This document shows, piece after piece, positions 22,591 through 34,700 of a stretch of DNA of 64,000 nt. Both the position numbers and the translations under genes were made by a program. The notes beneath the pieces are model-generated. The model was not told where the DNA came from, searched no databases, and saw only the letters and a list, made by a program, of their open reading frames with translations. The stretch is from Iphione sp. A-MEVVRFRX5 (Eukaryota), in NCBI GenBank assembly GCA_976226885.1, contig OZ320314.1:109678001-109742000 (forward strand), read 5' to 3'. Position 1 is the first letter of the stretch. Each line of letters starts with the position of its first letter.

Positions 22591-23526
22591 GTAAGTGGCC
22601 ATATCCAGGCCTCTGACCCCTGGATGATCACGTGAGTTTGACACGTCGAAATCCAGTAGCCTGGCTGGGGCCTCCATTACGCCCTCAGGGAGCTCTCCTC
22701 CGTGCATTTCTACGGTGTCGCATGGGCAGTAGCACTTTGATCTTTGCCAGAGGCCCTCTGAAGGTGTGATCTGCCGCCGCCGTTCGCTCTCCCTGAGCTA
22801 CTCGTAAATGGCTCCCACCTGCTCATCGGAGAGAACGGTATCGCTCCTACCTTGAGCTGCTCGCCCCGCACCTATTTTTTCCCTGTACATGCATAGTATC
22901 GTCGTCTACTTATGCTACGACTGTCCGCTACTGTCTACGACGGGAATCAATCCCCCTTCCCGCCCCCCACCACTACCGCCACAAGTAAATTACCACTTTA
23001 AGACGGGGGGATCGCAAGCGGTACTTCTCGTGCTGCATGACTGTATACCTTCCTGGCTGTCTAGAGGAAGCGAGAAATACGCCGTACAGTGCAATCTCAT
23101 CCGATTTTCATGCAGCGCCGCGTGATAAAATCTGATTCGCGCTCCCGGGGCCCCAGTGCGGCTCGTGAAAGACGGGCTTTGTGGAATGCAGTAAATGTGA
23201 ATTAATTTAGTCAAGTAAGAAAATCCTCCCTTTTCAGGCACTACAGACATCTCATTCCGTGCATATTTAAAGCCAAATGGGAGGACAGTATATCCTCCCC
23301 CCCCCCCTTATCTTACTATTGATACAGACCGTCGGATTCCATGTTGTCGGGCTCAATTCATCGTCTCTGAAAATCAGTTGAAAAAAAATGACCGCTGCCT
23401 GAAAAATCTTTCGACCACGGATAATAGAGCTACTGATGGGTAGATATAGAATGCAGTGAGCGAGACGGTATCCGTGAGTTAAGGCGTGTTCTCCAAGTTA
23501 CACCCATTACGAGCCGCGGTCACAGA

Positions 23527-23555
23527 GAGGAGGAGGAGGAGGAGGAGGAGGAGGA
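23527..23555. repeat. (GAG)n microsatellite
   Basis: About 9 copies read directly. Confidence 0.95.
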
Positions 23556-23774
23556 TTGCGGTACGAATCCTGCATTATTGATAGATCTCCACACTTGACG
23601 TAATTGGACAGGGAGTCACAATAGAAATGCATCTTATTGCGGCTCGCAAATAGACCTACATACATGTATGTATGTTTGTACGTGTTGCGATGTGTGCGAG
23701 TCTTGTCTACAGGTTGTGCTTTTCCTGTGCATGGTGTGTGCGTGTTTGTGTATGTATAAATATATGTACATGTA

Positions 23775-23786
23775 TGTGTGTGTGTG

Positions 23787-23824
<38 letters not shown>
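23775..23824. repeat. (TG)n microsatellite
   Basis: Pure TG run at 23790-23824 plus a short run at 23775-23786. Confidence 0.95.
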
Positions 23825-23826
<2 letters not shown>

Positions 23827-24040
23827 GGGGCTCGGAGCCAAGCCAAGCGGCCCACTTTAGAAATGATGTATTTCCTCTAGCGGCACGGGGTGTCACCTCC
23901 ATATAGCCGGTGCAGGGTGCCCCCCCCCCCCCAGGGGACCACCCCGACTGACATGGGCGCGGGTGGTAAACTTAGTATAGATGGCCAAGCAATCGTTGTC
24001 ATTCTAATCCACCTGCGTACCATTACAGCATACTTCCATT

Positions 24041-24290
24041 AGTTTGAACAGTAATAGACTGCAGCGAGTACCCCATTACAAATACCTAGGTTTTACTCTG
24101 GATTCTCAATTAAATATGAAACCTGAACCAGAAAACAGGATAAATAAGACAGTCTGGATAATGAGCATAATTGGGCATACAGTAAAGTTGACAACAAAAT
24201 GTACTGCTATAAACGTATTGTAATAAGCGTGTTTGTACTCCCACTTGGTAACTCCAACTATAGTATGGCTAGTCCTAAATGAATTAATCC
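24041..24290 (+). mobile_element. Degraded CR1/L2-clade LINE, RT C-terminal fragment
   Basis: Frame from 24041 gives SLNSNRLQRVPHYKYLGFTLDSQLNMKPEPENRINK..., matching the non-LTR RT motif [I/L]xRVxxYKYLGxxxDxxL. A decayed LPHLxY/IVW-like segment follows at about 24235-24280. Confidence 0.75.
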
Positions 24291-24613
24291 AGTGTAACTT
24301 CTGTGTTAATATTTCCTCTAAGTAACTCCAGCTATGTGTAGATAAATCCTGGCTAGTTGTTCCTGATCCTCACAATGTAGAACTATCTGGTAAGTTCTCC
24401 CTTAAGGTACTCCAAGTGGGTATGTGTTCCTAATGACTCCCCTGAAGAGACAAGTTCCACAACGGTATCCAAGTACAGACTGGTTTATTTGCCACACAGG
24501 GCCCATATTTATAGTAATCCTCAAGACCAGGTGTTCACTTGCCATAGCAACAATGTATCACATGATGGAATAAAATGGTTACAAACTGACTTGTGTTATT
24601 ACTGTCTACCAAT

Positions 24614-24725
24614 CAGCTCTTAGCTGTTTAGATGCAAAGTAGCAATGACCTGGATCCCCAGGGTTCAGGGAACCCAGCTCATAGCTGTCTAGTTACAAAG
24701 TAGCAATGACCTGGATCCCCAGGGT
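24614..24725. repeat. 61-bp-period direct duplication
   Basis: cagctc(t/a)tagctgt(t/c)tag..caaagtagcaatgacctggatccccagggt at 24614 and 24675. Confidence 0.9.
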
Positions 24726-24787
24726 CCAAGGTGACCTTCTAATTACCCAGGGACCCTGGATATAAATTTTTAGCATACGAACCACTT

Positions 24788-25095
24788 GTGGTGCCACGAA
24801 CGGGCTCCCTGAGGTCAGCTAGTACATCCCACATCACTCGTGGTGCCACGAACTGTTGACATACTTACTTAGCCTTACGCTGGTGGTACCACGAACCATT
24901 ACATGATACAATAGACTTACTTAGCCTTACACTCGTGGTGCCACGAACTGTCGATAGACTTACTTAGCCTTACGCTGGTGGTACCACGAACCATTACAAG
25001 ATACAATAGGCTTGCTTAGCCTTATGCTGGTGGTACCACGAACCGTCATATGATACAATAGACTTACTTAGCCTTACGCTGGTGGTACCACGAAC
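24788..25095. repeat. Tandem array of 7 palindromic cores GTGGT(A/G)CCACGAAC, spacing 43 or 52 bp
   Basis: Cores at 24788, 24840, 24883, 24935, 24978, 25030 and 25082; shared flank gacttacttagccttac. Confidence 0.95.
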
Positions 25096-25101
25096 ACCCC
25101 T

Positions 25102-25528
25102 ACAGTATTAAAAACACTTTTCATCCCACATATCGAGTATGGACTAGGATTAATCCACTGTTACTGCACTAGTCAGTTTTGTAGGCTTGAAAAACAGATA
25201 AAGCAGTGTTACTAACCACAAGCTCACCTAAAGAGAAATTAATGGACATGTATCACTCGTTAAAACTATAACCCATATACCTAAGAAGCCAGTATTATTC
25301 TGCAGTAGTCCATTTTGATCATCTTCAACCTATACATGTATATCTAGAATTAAACGAACATAGCAGACCAAGACACACTAACATACCACAGGAACTACCG
25401 AAAAATCTTCCTATCAAACAAACCCTCTCTCTAACGCTATAAGATTTTGGAACACCTTACCAGAAAATATAAAATGCTATGAAAAAAAAACAAAATTCAA
25501 ACAATACTTAAAAAAGAACTGTTTATGA
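25102..25528 (+). mobile_element. Degraded CR1/L2-clade LINE, 3' end of ORF2
   Basis: KTLFIPHIEYG...CRLEKQIKQ (from 25111) and, after frameshifts, NAIRFWNTLPENIKCYEKKTKFKQYLKKNCL* (25433-25528). These match the LxPHxEY and WNxLPxxIKxxxxxxxFKxxLK motifs typical of the CR1/L2 ORF2 tail. Confidence 0.8.
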
Positions 25529-25782
25529 AATTACCCAAGGAAAACTGGTATTGATAGTACCTGAATACAGTGTTTTCTGGACGCTATTGATTAATGGATA
25601 GTTTATTTTTCTTTAACAGCAAGATATTTGTAAATGGATGGTTTTTATGTAAATAGTGTACATATTGTATATGCTTTAACGCGTATAAGGTGTTCAGTAG
25701 GTGCAAGGAGACAACTCCCCCCCCCCTCATTGGAGGGAGGCCGATTTCAAGTTACAAAGCCCTTCTGGAGCATGAGTTGCAC

Positions 25783-25949
25783 TACAGTACAAAGTCCCTA
25801 ATCGAGACACCCCTGGCTCTTTCCAAAACTGTCCCTAATTGAGACGTCTTCCCTTAATATGAAGCAAATGGAAGTTGTTCTTCCCCAAGGTGTCCATATT
25901 CGAGACGGGTCCCTATCAGGACGTGTCCCTAAGGTGGCTTCCAACTGTA
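25783..25949 (-). mobile_element. pogo-type MITE copy
   Basis: TA-CAGT...ACTG-TA. The reverse complement cagttggaagccaccttagggacacgtc nearly matches 62387 cagtaggaagccaccttagggacgcgtc, and the internal gtctcaattag(g/a)acagttt(t/g)ggaaaga block is also shared. Confidence 0.75.
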
Positions 25950-26163
25950 CATGTATACCACTTGGGCGGCTTGGGGCGAGTTACTCGCACGCTCGGTCGA
26001 TTATATACAGCCGGGTAGACCAAGTGGGTATCAATCGCCTATTTATACTTATTACAAAGACCCCCTCTCCCCGCGCGCGATGAGGGGAAACCCACACCCT
26101 CCCCCGGCCCGGTGATGAAAGCTACCACGAATTGATTTTATGTCCAACTCGGCATGTCGTAAT

Positions 26164-26316
26164 NNNNNNNNNNNNNNNNNNNNNNNNNNNNNNNNNNNNN
26201 NNNNNNNNNNNNNNNNNNNNNNNNNNNNNNNNNNNNNNNNNNNNNNNNNNNNNNNNNNNNNNNNNNNNNNNNNNNNNNNNNNNNNNNNNNNNNNNNNNNN
26301 NNNNNNNNNNNNNNNN
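26164..26316. other. Assembly gap (N-run)
   Basis: Run of N. Confidence 1.
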
Positions 26317-26715
26317 GGATCATGTATGCATCACTTCACCGGCTTTTCAGGATGGCGTTTCATGAAGTAGGAGAAAAATCGGAATAATCTGGACCGCTTG
26401 GAATGAAAACTTTCTCCAGACGCATCGGCCGTTTCCGATATGTTACATGTTATACCTGCTACCGAAGTATGGACAGCGCATGAAATGTAGGGGTTTTGAT
26501 TATCTACGTACATGATTGTATATATGTATACATGTACATGTATATGTATTTAGGTATCTCACGGACCACGGACAATACGCAGTGCAAGTGGTTGTTGCTC
26601 GTGAGCTGCGTGGATGAAACTGTACCGCAGTTTATATATGCATATTACTAGCATCGGGCTTCATGTTATGACATGTTAATATACACATAGGTGTATGTGT
26701 ATCATGTATGTATTA

Positions 26716-26854
26716 TTTTTTGGCTCTGCCTCATAGAGGGGGGGGGGGACTTAGGAATGCTGTTGGCTGGTGTCCCGACCTTCTGTTACACTCTTGTAGG
26801 TCTTATAACTCTCAAACCCCTCACTCAAAAGAACTGATTTTAATATATGATATT
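26716..26854 (+). mobile_element. Dispersed repeat, 5' end of a DINE-1/HINE-like non-autonomous element (copy 1)
   Basis: gcctcatagaggggggggggacttaggaatgctgttggctggtgtcccgacc...tgattttaatatatgatatt is shared with 39307-39444, same orientation, visibly high identity. The family assignment is inferred from the T-run plus hairpin plus degenerate GTCY layout. Confidence 0.5.
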
Positions 26855-28269
26855 ATCATACATAATCCCATGGTACTCAGTAATTTTTTGAGTAATTCAA
26901 GTATTTTGAAGGTGAAATTATGTCAATTTTACTCTTTTGCTAACACACCTACAAACATACACACCTGGTTTAGAGATTCCTAGGTCGGACAATGTACACA
27001 CATGCACACATACACACTCACCAATATCTCCCAGTCTGGTTCTAAGTCAGGCAGAACCGAGGGTGGTGTGCTCAGTCAGGCAAAAGCAAGGGTGGCATGC
27101 TCAGTCAAGCAGAACTGAGGGTTGTAAACCTGAAGGACCAGCCACCTGAAACAAGGTGCCAATCAAGGTGGTTGTAAAGAGAAAGAGAAACCACATACAC
27201 ACACCCACACACTCACACTCTTTCTCTCCCCAACCCACCTGGGCAGTTGATGGTGGGGGACGATAGACCTGACAGGTCCACACTCTTGTTTAAAATGTTT
27301 CCGTGTATAGGTAGAATTAGCAGGGAACGAAAGGCGCTTTTAAGAAAGGCTGTTGTGAGATCTTGCTTGGTAATCAGTGCCAAGAATTAGCATCCTCACA
27401 CATAGGCATTAAATCACGTTAAAATAGATGATACAGCTTCCCAATGTGAACCTTCTCTAACTCATCTATACCGTGTTATACATACATGCGTATATATGTG
27501 ACTTGTGGCAGTATAAATGCTGTGATAAGGTTTTATTTTTGCCCCTCCCCAGCACATAGAACTAAGGTCCTAGACAGAACAGACGGCAAATTATGTGTAT
27601 TCGGTATTATACGGCGGAATAGCTAGAGACGCCGCAGTAGTTCGTAATATGTCCCTTGGGTGTGTCAGTCTTCCTCCTGCAGCTCGTTCTCCACGATAGT
27701 CAATACGTATGATTTCGTAAACGTGGACCCTTAGCTTATGGTGGAGGAGGGAATTTTGGCGGGTCTACTCTATCAAAAATAAGAACTACCCGTCGTTTTA
27801 TGTTAGCCATATCAAGAAGAAAGAGCAGCCCCCTCCCCCTCACCCCGGTAGTGGTTCTTTTTAAAGAGAAGCTCGCCCTGATGGTGGTGGTGGTGGTTTT
27901 TGAGAGAGCAGCTCCGCCTAGTGGTTGCTAGAAGTAGCGGCGATCGTCAGATGTATATGAAGCAGTAGCTGGTAATCGCAGTTGTTTGTCATCTTTCGAG
28001 CTTCTATTTTCACTGAGGATGAAAAATGTCAGCCTGGCTTCGTCTTCTCCAGTCTCCTCCATTTTGAATCCTACCCCCCCGCCCCCACCCCCCAACCCCC
28101 ATCCCCGTCTTGCCAAATTGAGCGTTTTGATAGTGGTGGCCCGATGTAAAGTGTACCAGAGGGAGATCCGCCCATAGTGTTCTAACAAGCGGTTCTCCTT
28201 TTACATTATAATTACTGCACTTAATCTTAATGCTGAGAAAGCAACCGGCTTAAGTGTTTTATTGGTTTA

Positions 28270-28680
28270 GAAAGTTACTTGAGCAACTCACTGTAGTGGC
28301 CCATTTTTCTCGAAGTTTGCCCGGGCTAATCTTTTCTCACTCGAGTCGCCCTTCTGCCTCAGCTCGCAATTCGCCGCCGCCGCCGCCGCTGCCGCACATT
28401 TTCTCCGGTTCTCTAGCGCATTACCCGTCTGAGAAAGAGAGGTAGGCGAGTAGTGGCCCGAGGAGATGAACCCAGGGACCACCTAAGCAGAATACAAATG
28501 AGTGGTGGCGAGGTGTCCCGACTGGCCAGTTCGGGGAGGTAGTACCAACTCCGCCCTGCAGATTACGGTCTGTCCACAGCGGTGAGCAGGACAACAATAA
28601 ATACCAGCTCGAAGCTAGGACGACTCGGAGCAACTCACACACATACACACACACGCACACACACACACACTCCGCCTCGA
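28270..28680. promoter_or_regulatory. GC-rich island bracketed by two GAGCAACTC palindromes
   Basis: TGAGCAACTCA (28280-28290), (GCC)n at 28373-28394, GAGCAACTCA (28628) followed by (CA)n. Confidence 0.3.
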
Positions 28681-29298
28681 AGACTGGATTATGGCAGCTC
28701 CGGGATAAAACTGAGAAGCCATGTCAGTCGCCGCATGACATGCCTGCGTTAACCTTATATGCACAAGCTCCTCGGAAGACGATATAAACAAAAGTATGGC
28801 TTTGTGAGAACCTTAACAATCTGCCGTACTGACTAATTGCAACTCCTTGGCGGAAACCCTATGTTGTATATATACCATGCTGTAGAGTGTTGCAATATAC
28901 CCATACGTAAGCGTGGCAGCTGGCTAGATAATCCTTCCTGGAAGTGTTAAAGGGAGGATACACTGTCGGATGGCTGATTGATTTGTCCACCTGGCTTCTT
29001 GCCTAACACATTGCCCGCACCACTGCCTGAGATCCCCACCACACCCACACCCCCACACACACTTTCCACCGCGATTTCCATACGCATACACACCTTTTCT
29101 TGATCGCCTCCGGCATCCAACTCTTAACTCGATGCTCTGTCGGAAGGACTGCAATCCAATAATCCTGACGCACAAGGCCTAATTGAAATGCCTCAACACG
29201 TGACTAATTATACTCACAAATGTAGACAGCGTCGGGATAAAGGGAGGATGAAGGGCTCTGTAGAGTAGGCGATTGCGTTAGATTTCTTTCTTAATATA

Positions 29299-29911
29299 TT
29301 GTGCCTTTCAAGTTCAAACCTAAGGTGTGAGATGGCTGCTTCTGCATCAGTTTACACACGTGCATATGTACGGCATCCGGGGACTGTGGTAAATACACAC
29401 AGTGTCCCAGAAGCAATGTCAAAACGACGAGTACACAAAAGTCCTAATATGCATGAACAAATATTTGAATACACGAAGTTATGACAGACGTAAAAGATTT
29501 AAGTGCACTTCTGGTCTGACAGGGGAACATTTCATACTGACAGTGGTACATAAGCTCTTGATATCTTGAACCAGCAACCCCAAATATCTTCTGAATATTT
29601 GTGCCTTTCAAGTTTCAAAGCTAAGGTGTGACATGGCTCCTTCTACAATTACAAGCAAGTGTATGTACGGCACGTACGTGTTCCAGAAACAATGTCGAAA
29701 TGACGAGTACAAAAAATTCCACATGTACATGAACAAGCATATGAACACACCAAATGATGACGGATGTAAAAGATAAATTCCATATGGAGGCATGGTTCTG
29801 TCGGCTTATGGCCATTTTTACAAGTCAGTATTGAGCAGCTGCTCTGACAGGGGAACCTTTTATACTGACAGTGGAACATAAGCTCTTGACATCTTGAGCC
29901 AAGCCACCCCA
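29299..29911. repeat. Diverged tandem duplication, 300-bp period
   Basis: ttgtgcctttcaagt starts both units (29299, 29599). Shared blocks include ctaaggtgtga(g/c)atggct, gtatgtacggca, ccagaa(g/a)caatgtc, gacgagtaca and ctgacaggggaac...tactgacagtgg(t/a)acataagctcttga. Confidence 0.9.
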
Positions 29912-30859
29912 GCACGAGTTTCTATGAAGTGATAGAATGTAGGGAGCAAATGGGGGGCGGGGGGCGGAGGAGATTGATGAGGGAATACAGTTTATATCGA
30001 ACCCCTGCCATCTCTCCGAGCCGGGCCCTACATCACTGGCGGGCCTAAGTGTAGTCAAGCGGAAATTAATATAGATCATCGGGCCTTGCATGTCTTCGCC
30101 TTCACGCTTGAGTGATCCTATACAGTGACTACCCCCCTAAAGGGAGACGGAGTCAAAACAATGAGCGATCCCCAGGGTGTCTTAGAGCGGGGTCCGGGGC
30201 GTCTGGCGCGGAGGGCCGAGGTACAGTTGTGAGGAGTGGATGGGAAGAGATTAACTCTAGTAGTGCAGAGGAATATAGTGTTTTCGAAGGCACTAGGCTA
30301 TTCTAGATCAAATACTGTTCATATACATGTTTCCAGTGAGACACTTTAGTTGCGGCGATGCTAATGCGATGCCCGAAAAGAGCCTTAGAAATTTCGAATG
30401 CCCTTCAATAACTCAGGGTCTGCAAACAGTATGACTCATCCGCCTCGTCATGAGAGGGTTTATGGAATCTGTTCCACACCGTCTACCTGATAGAGCCTTT
30501 GCTCCAGCTAATGAGTAGAGCAACTCACGTAACCGAATTTCCCTTGCTAGTCTCTTTTTATTCCAATGTGTATGTTTAATGTTGGCGTCACGCCTGACTT
30601 GTTACGGTATTTTTTCTCAAGACATAACCGCCGTAATACCATACAAGATTACTTAACACGTTCCCTTATCTTTATCGACGAAAGTAGGTTATTCTCGTGA
30701 AGTTTGTCATTGCACCTCCTGATTTGACGCTTTCAATGTTTGTGAGAGGACTCTCCTTCTTTATGCCTACCCATCACATGAACAGTCAAATGCCTCCATG
30801 TGGACAGGCCACAATGCGAAAATTGAACAAAATTAAGGACACTGCAGTAAAGAATTATC

Positions 30860-30909
30860 TAGTTTATTTGATTGTAACAATGCAAGTAGTTTATTTGATT
30901 GTAACAATG
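30860..30909. repeat. Perfect 23-bp direct duplication (27-bp period)
   Basis: tagtttatttgattgtaacaatg at 30860 and 30887. Confidence 0.95.
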
Positions 30910-31714
30910 TAAATGTTGCCAGAAAGAAGGGCGGTTAGGGTCGGAACCAAGGGATATCCGTTTTATGGCATATGACTGGTTGCTGGGATATACATTTGGG
31001 AAAGAAATGTTTAAAACAGGAGTGTGAGTATGCGCAATCAATACAGTTTTCCTGTCGGTCACCAGAACGCGTATGCTTTATGCGCAGAGAACGATCCTAT
31101 ACTGTCACACGTTGCTGGTTTTCTCTAATAACCTAGCTTGTATCAGCCAAAATAATGAACCCTAGATGAATCAAGCGCACCGTTATGAAACACGGTCGTG
31201 TGGACATCAATAACATCGTGCTGTACGCCCGCACACTGTCAGCACACAGAGACAGTGTCTTTCGTTTATGGCTCCCCGCGGGAGGGTGGCTCGCCCGGTC
31301 GTCGTAGCTTCATGTTAAAGAAACCTGTAGAAGCCGTCGCTGTGGGTGACCACCTCTTAGTATGCGTCGCCCTCCTCTCCTCAAGGTTCACAACTGTCCG
31401 CGGAGCCGTCCGTCATAGTCCCGCTTCCGGCCACCCCAGGGCGCCACGGGAGGAACCGCGGCCATCACGGTGGCGCCATCGAGGGGTGGGTCACCCCCCT
31501 TGAGGAGCAGCTGGTCTGACGCCTGTAGCTGCCCGCGGGGGGGGGGGGATTGGCGGGGGGTATGGGGGCAGGGGAGGTTACCTGGAAAGCGCCGGCGGGC
31601 GAAGTCTGGGGACGGGAAGCAGATATTGTTGTTTATGGTCTTTGACGCGCCGCTTGTCAGTCTGCACGTGTCCCCGCCCCTCGCGCCGTCGACGTTCAAG
31701 CACCAGCGGGGCCG

Positions 31715-31770
31715 ACACATTCCGGAAGAGGACGCGAGCTGCTCGCCGCCTTTAAGATGGCCGACTCACC
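31715..31770 (+). promoter_or_regulatory. Compact ETS + GAGYWRCTC + YY1 motif module
   Basis: TCCGGAAG (31721), GCGAGCTGCTCGC (31734-31746) and AAGATGGCCGAC (31754-31765) within 50 bp, at the edge of a CpG island spanning about 31200-31810. Confidence 0.45.
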
Positions 31771-34700
31771 ACCCGCCGGGGTATAATATCTGAACCGCTC
31801 GTCCATCGTCGAAAAGCTCGCTTATTTGACCATGCCTCAAGCATGACAGCTAGATATCTTGGCTTTCCTTCTGTTACCTAGAGAGCGAAAGAAAATGAAA
31901 CATTTTGAAATGACTTTAAAAAAACACAAACCAAAGTTACCTACTCATATGTGACCGGGGCTTTTTTTTAATATATGGAGAGAGATCAGTTACTTAATTG
32001 ATGTTATATAGCATCGCGTTTTTTTAAAAGTCAAACGTATCTTACTGGCTTCGGCGGAGCAATTACGCGCCCCCCATGCATCAGTAGCCTTCCTATTTCA
32101 GAAACCAAATTTACAGACAGATAAAAAGATTGACGGCGTCTTCGACATGGGACTGGCATGTAGCAGGACAGTCGAGGCACCGGGAACGTCTGGTCCCAGC
32201 TGGAATTAAAGGAACAATTTCAGTGAGCCTTTACGACGGACAGCTTGTTCCTCTTGGCGGGTACTGACTTCAGCTCCATTAGCCACGACAACCCTCTGGT
32301 AAGCAGGCATTATAACCCATCCCTCACGGGGCGCCGCCTTCCTTGTCCTTCTGTAAGGAGTGGAGGAGGGGGCCCTCAGTCACTCCCCCGCCGAGGTCGG
32401 AACATATGTCATAGGAAAGCTCGCCCTCCCCTGGACGAAAGCAAGTGTCCGCAGTGCCTGGCCCAGCCCTGCTGGTTCCATAAGACGCAGTGCTCGAGTT
32501 CGTCCCGAGGAACGGGTCCGACGTAACAGGACGGGGGCTGAGGCCCGGGGAGAGTTAGGGGGAGGGGGAGGGGGCAGGGGTAGGGTGCTGGGCGCGCTGG
32601 GAGGTGGGGGGGGGAGTCAGTTATGGTGGTGGAGAATCGATGGAAGCTGCACCGCCAGCAGGAGTTGGGAGGGCGGGGGAGGGGTAGGAGAGAGATTGAT
32701 CTGGACCGGCAAGTAAAGTGTGCCACTTGCTGAGCCATCAGCCTTTAGGATCTGGGCCAAGAAAACCGACCACAAGACGCCCTGTCAGGTGCCTCAATAG
32801 CCTGCCTGTCACGACCAATTAGCATTACATTCGAAGTGTGGATTAATAAATGAGGGTTGACAGATCATACTATTGGCTCTTGGGAGCAGTTCGATAAAAA
32901 TAGCAGGAGTGAGTAGGAGACAGAGACTAAAGCTGGAGCAAGGCATGAGCCATTGTATATACAATATATATCTATATATAAGCAAGAGGTAGACAAAAAA
33001 GAGAGGGAGACAAAGACCAAGAGAGAAAGAAACCCTGCGAACCGCAGGAGAACAATCAGACTGATACCATTAGATGTTCCAACCTAATTGGAGAAAAGAA
33101 GGCTGTGTACAACTATTAGCCCAAGTGACATTCGTTTTCTGCTGGATGAGAGAATACTTCACAAAAAGCTCCCCATTTGGCCCACATAGTAAGTGAACGA
33201 CGGACCAGGGTTATGAATCAGGTTATTATGGCTCTAAGAACAAGGCAGTAAAAGTTTTATCGTTTTACTACCGCTGTTGTTGTCATTATCTTATTGTTTT
33301 CTCCGACATAAAATTTGAGCTGTCATTTTCTTTTTCTTTGGAGATTTATCGCCGTAAGGAGAGTCTCATAGACGACAGCATAAACCGCGATATTATCATA
33401 ACAACGATGAATAGGGATATGAAACTTAAGTAGGAAAAAGAAACAAAGTAGAAGAAAGCATAAACACGGTTACTGCAACTTTTTTTCGTGGGAGAAGGTA
33501 AATACCATCTTTGGGTAGCCATTATCACAACGCAGCGCTTTTCGCGCCAAATAGTTACAGTCGCGCAGTTATCGTCTGCAGCGGAAATTACTTCATTATC
33601 CATTGTAACTGCTGGTATTTTCTAGTTAAATTAAACGGCTCCTATCCCTGCCATGCAGGATGTCGTGTTCTGCGCTGAGTGTAATAGACATCATTTAGCA
33701 GATTTTCCTCGTATGGGCAGCCATCTGGAAGTATGTACAATGGGAACGGAGAGATTTCAATGCTCCTCTGTATTCCCGGGCTCTTACATTTGAGAGCGGC
33801 ATAATAATTTAGGCCATGGGTTCATTTGGTCAACAAAGAACTAATAATCATGCAACCTCGAGATCGTATTACACCCGTAGCCCAGAAAGAAGGAAGTAGT
33901 GCTTTCAGACCCAAGCTTCCCTTATAATATTGGATTGCAGTCAGCCGTGTTTGAATAGCCTGCAGTCCATTTTTTTCGGTTTCAAAGCTTCGTTGTTCAA
34001 CACTGCTAATAGCCATTTCATCTTCAATGTTGCTACGACCCAGAGCAAATCTTTACTATACATGTGTACACACAGAGGGTCTGGTAGGGGCAGAAGTAAT
34101 ACATGGAATAAAATGCGACATTGAGCAATCCAGTAAAGTGTTTGTTTAGCTGACAATTTGTGAGGAAGCCGTTACTCAACAATGCTCTCTGCATACTGGC
34201 CTGTTTATAAGGGGCCCATTTCTAAGCCCCTATGGGATGCATCTCCTCTTCCTACGCCTGTTGCCTCCCTGCTGGCTACATTAACAGAGGTCAGATTACT
34301 TATTGCCCACCTCAAAGCACGAAAATACAAATTAGTAGAAGCACAAACGTTAAAGGAAGTATAATTTTGCATCGCGCGCCGGGGGGGGGGGGATTGGGGC
34401 GATAAAGACAGCGTACCACCACCACGCCATCGGTACCATTATCTTTCTTGTATTGACGTCCGCGCCGGTATCGTCTGCAGCCTCCATTCTCGGGGATGAC
34501 TTCCTCGCGATGAGTGGCTCGATGAGAGGAGCAGATCACATTAACTCCGTCAGCAGGTAACGCTGTCGACCCGAATGTTTTGTCTGGAAGTAGATAATGC
34601 TTCTTTCGGCCAGGAACGCGGCGTTCAATGGGGTGGGGTGTGCGGACGCTGCAGGGACTGGTCCCATGTTGTAACGGGCTCGATGCCCCCTCCTCCACCC

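Noticed and set aside
24788-25095. CRISPR array
   Set aside because: Linkers are repeated rather than unique, the core is only 14 bp, no cas genes are present and the context is animal.
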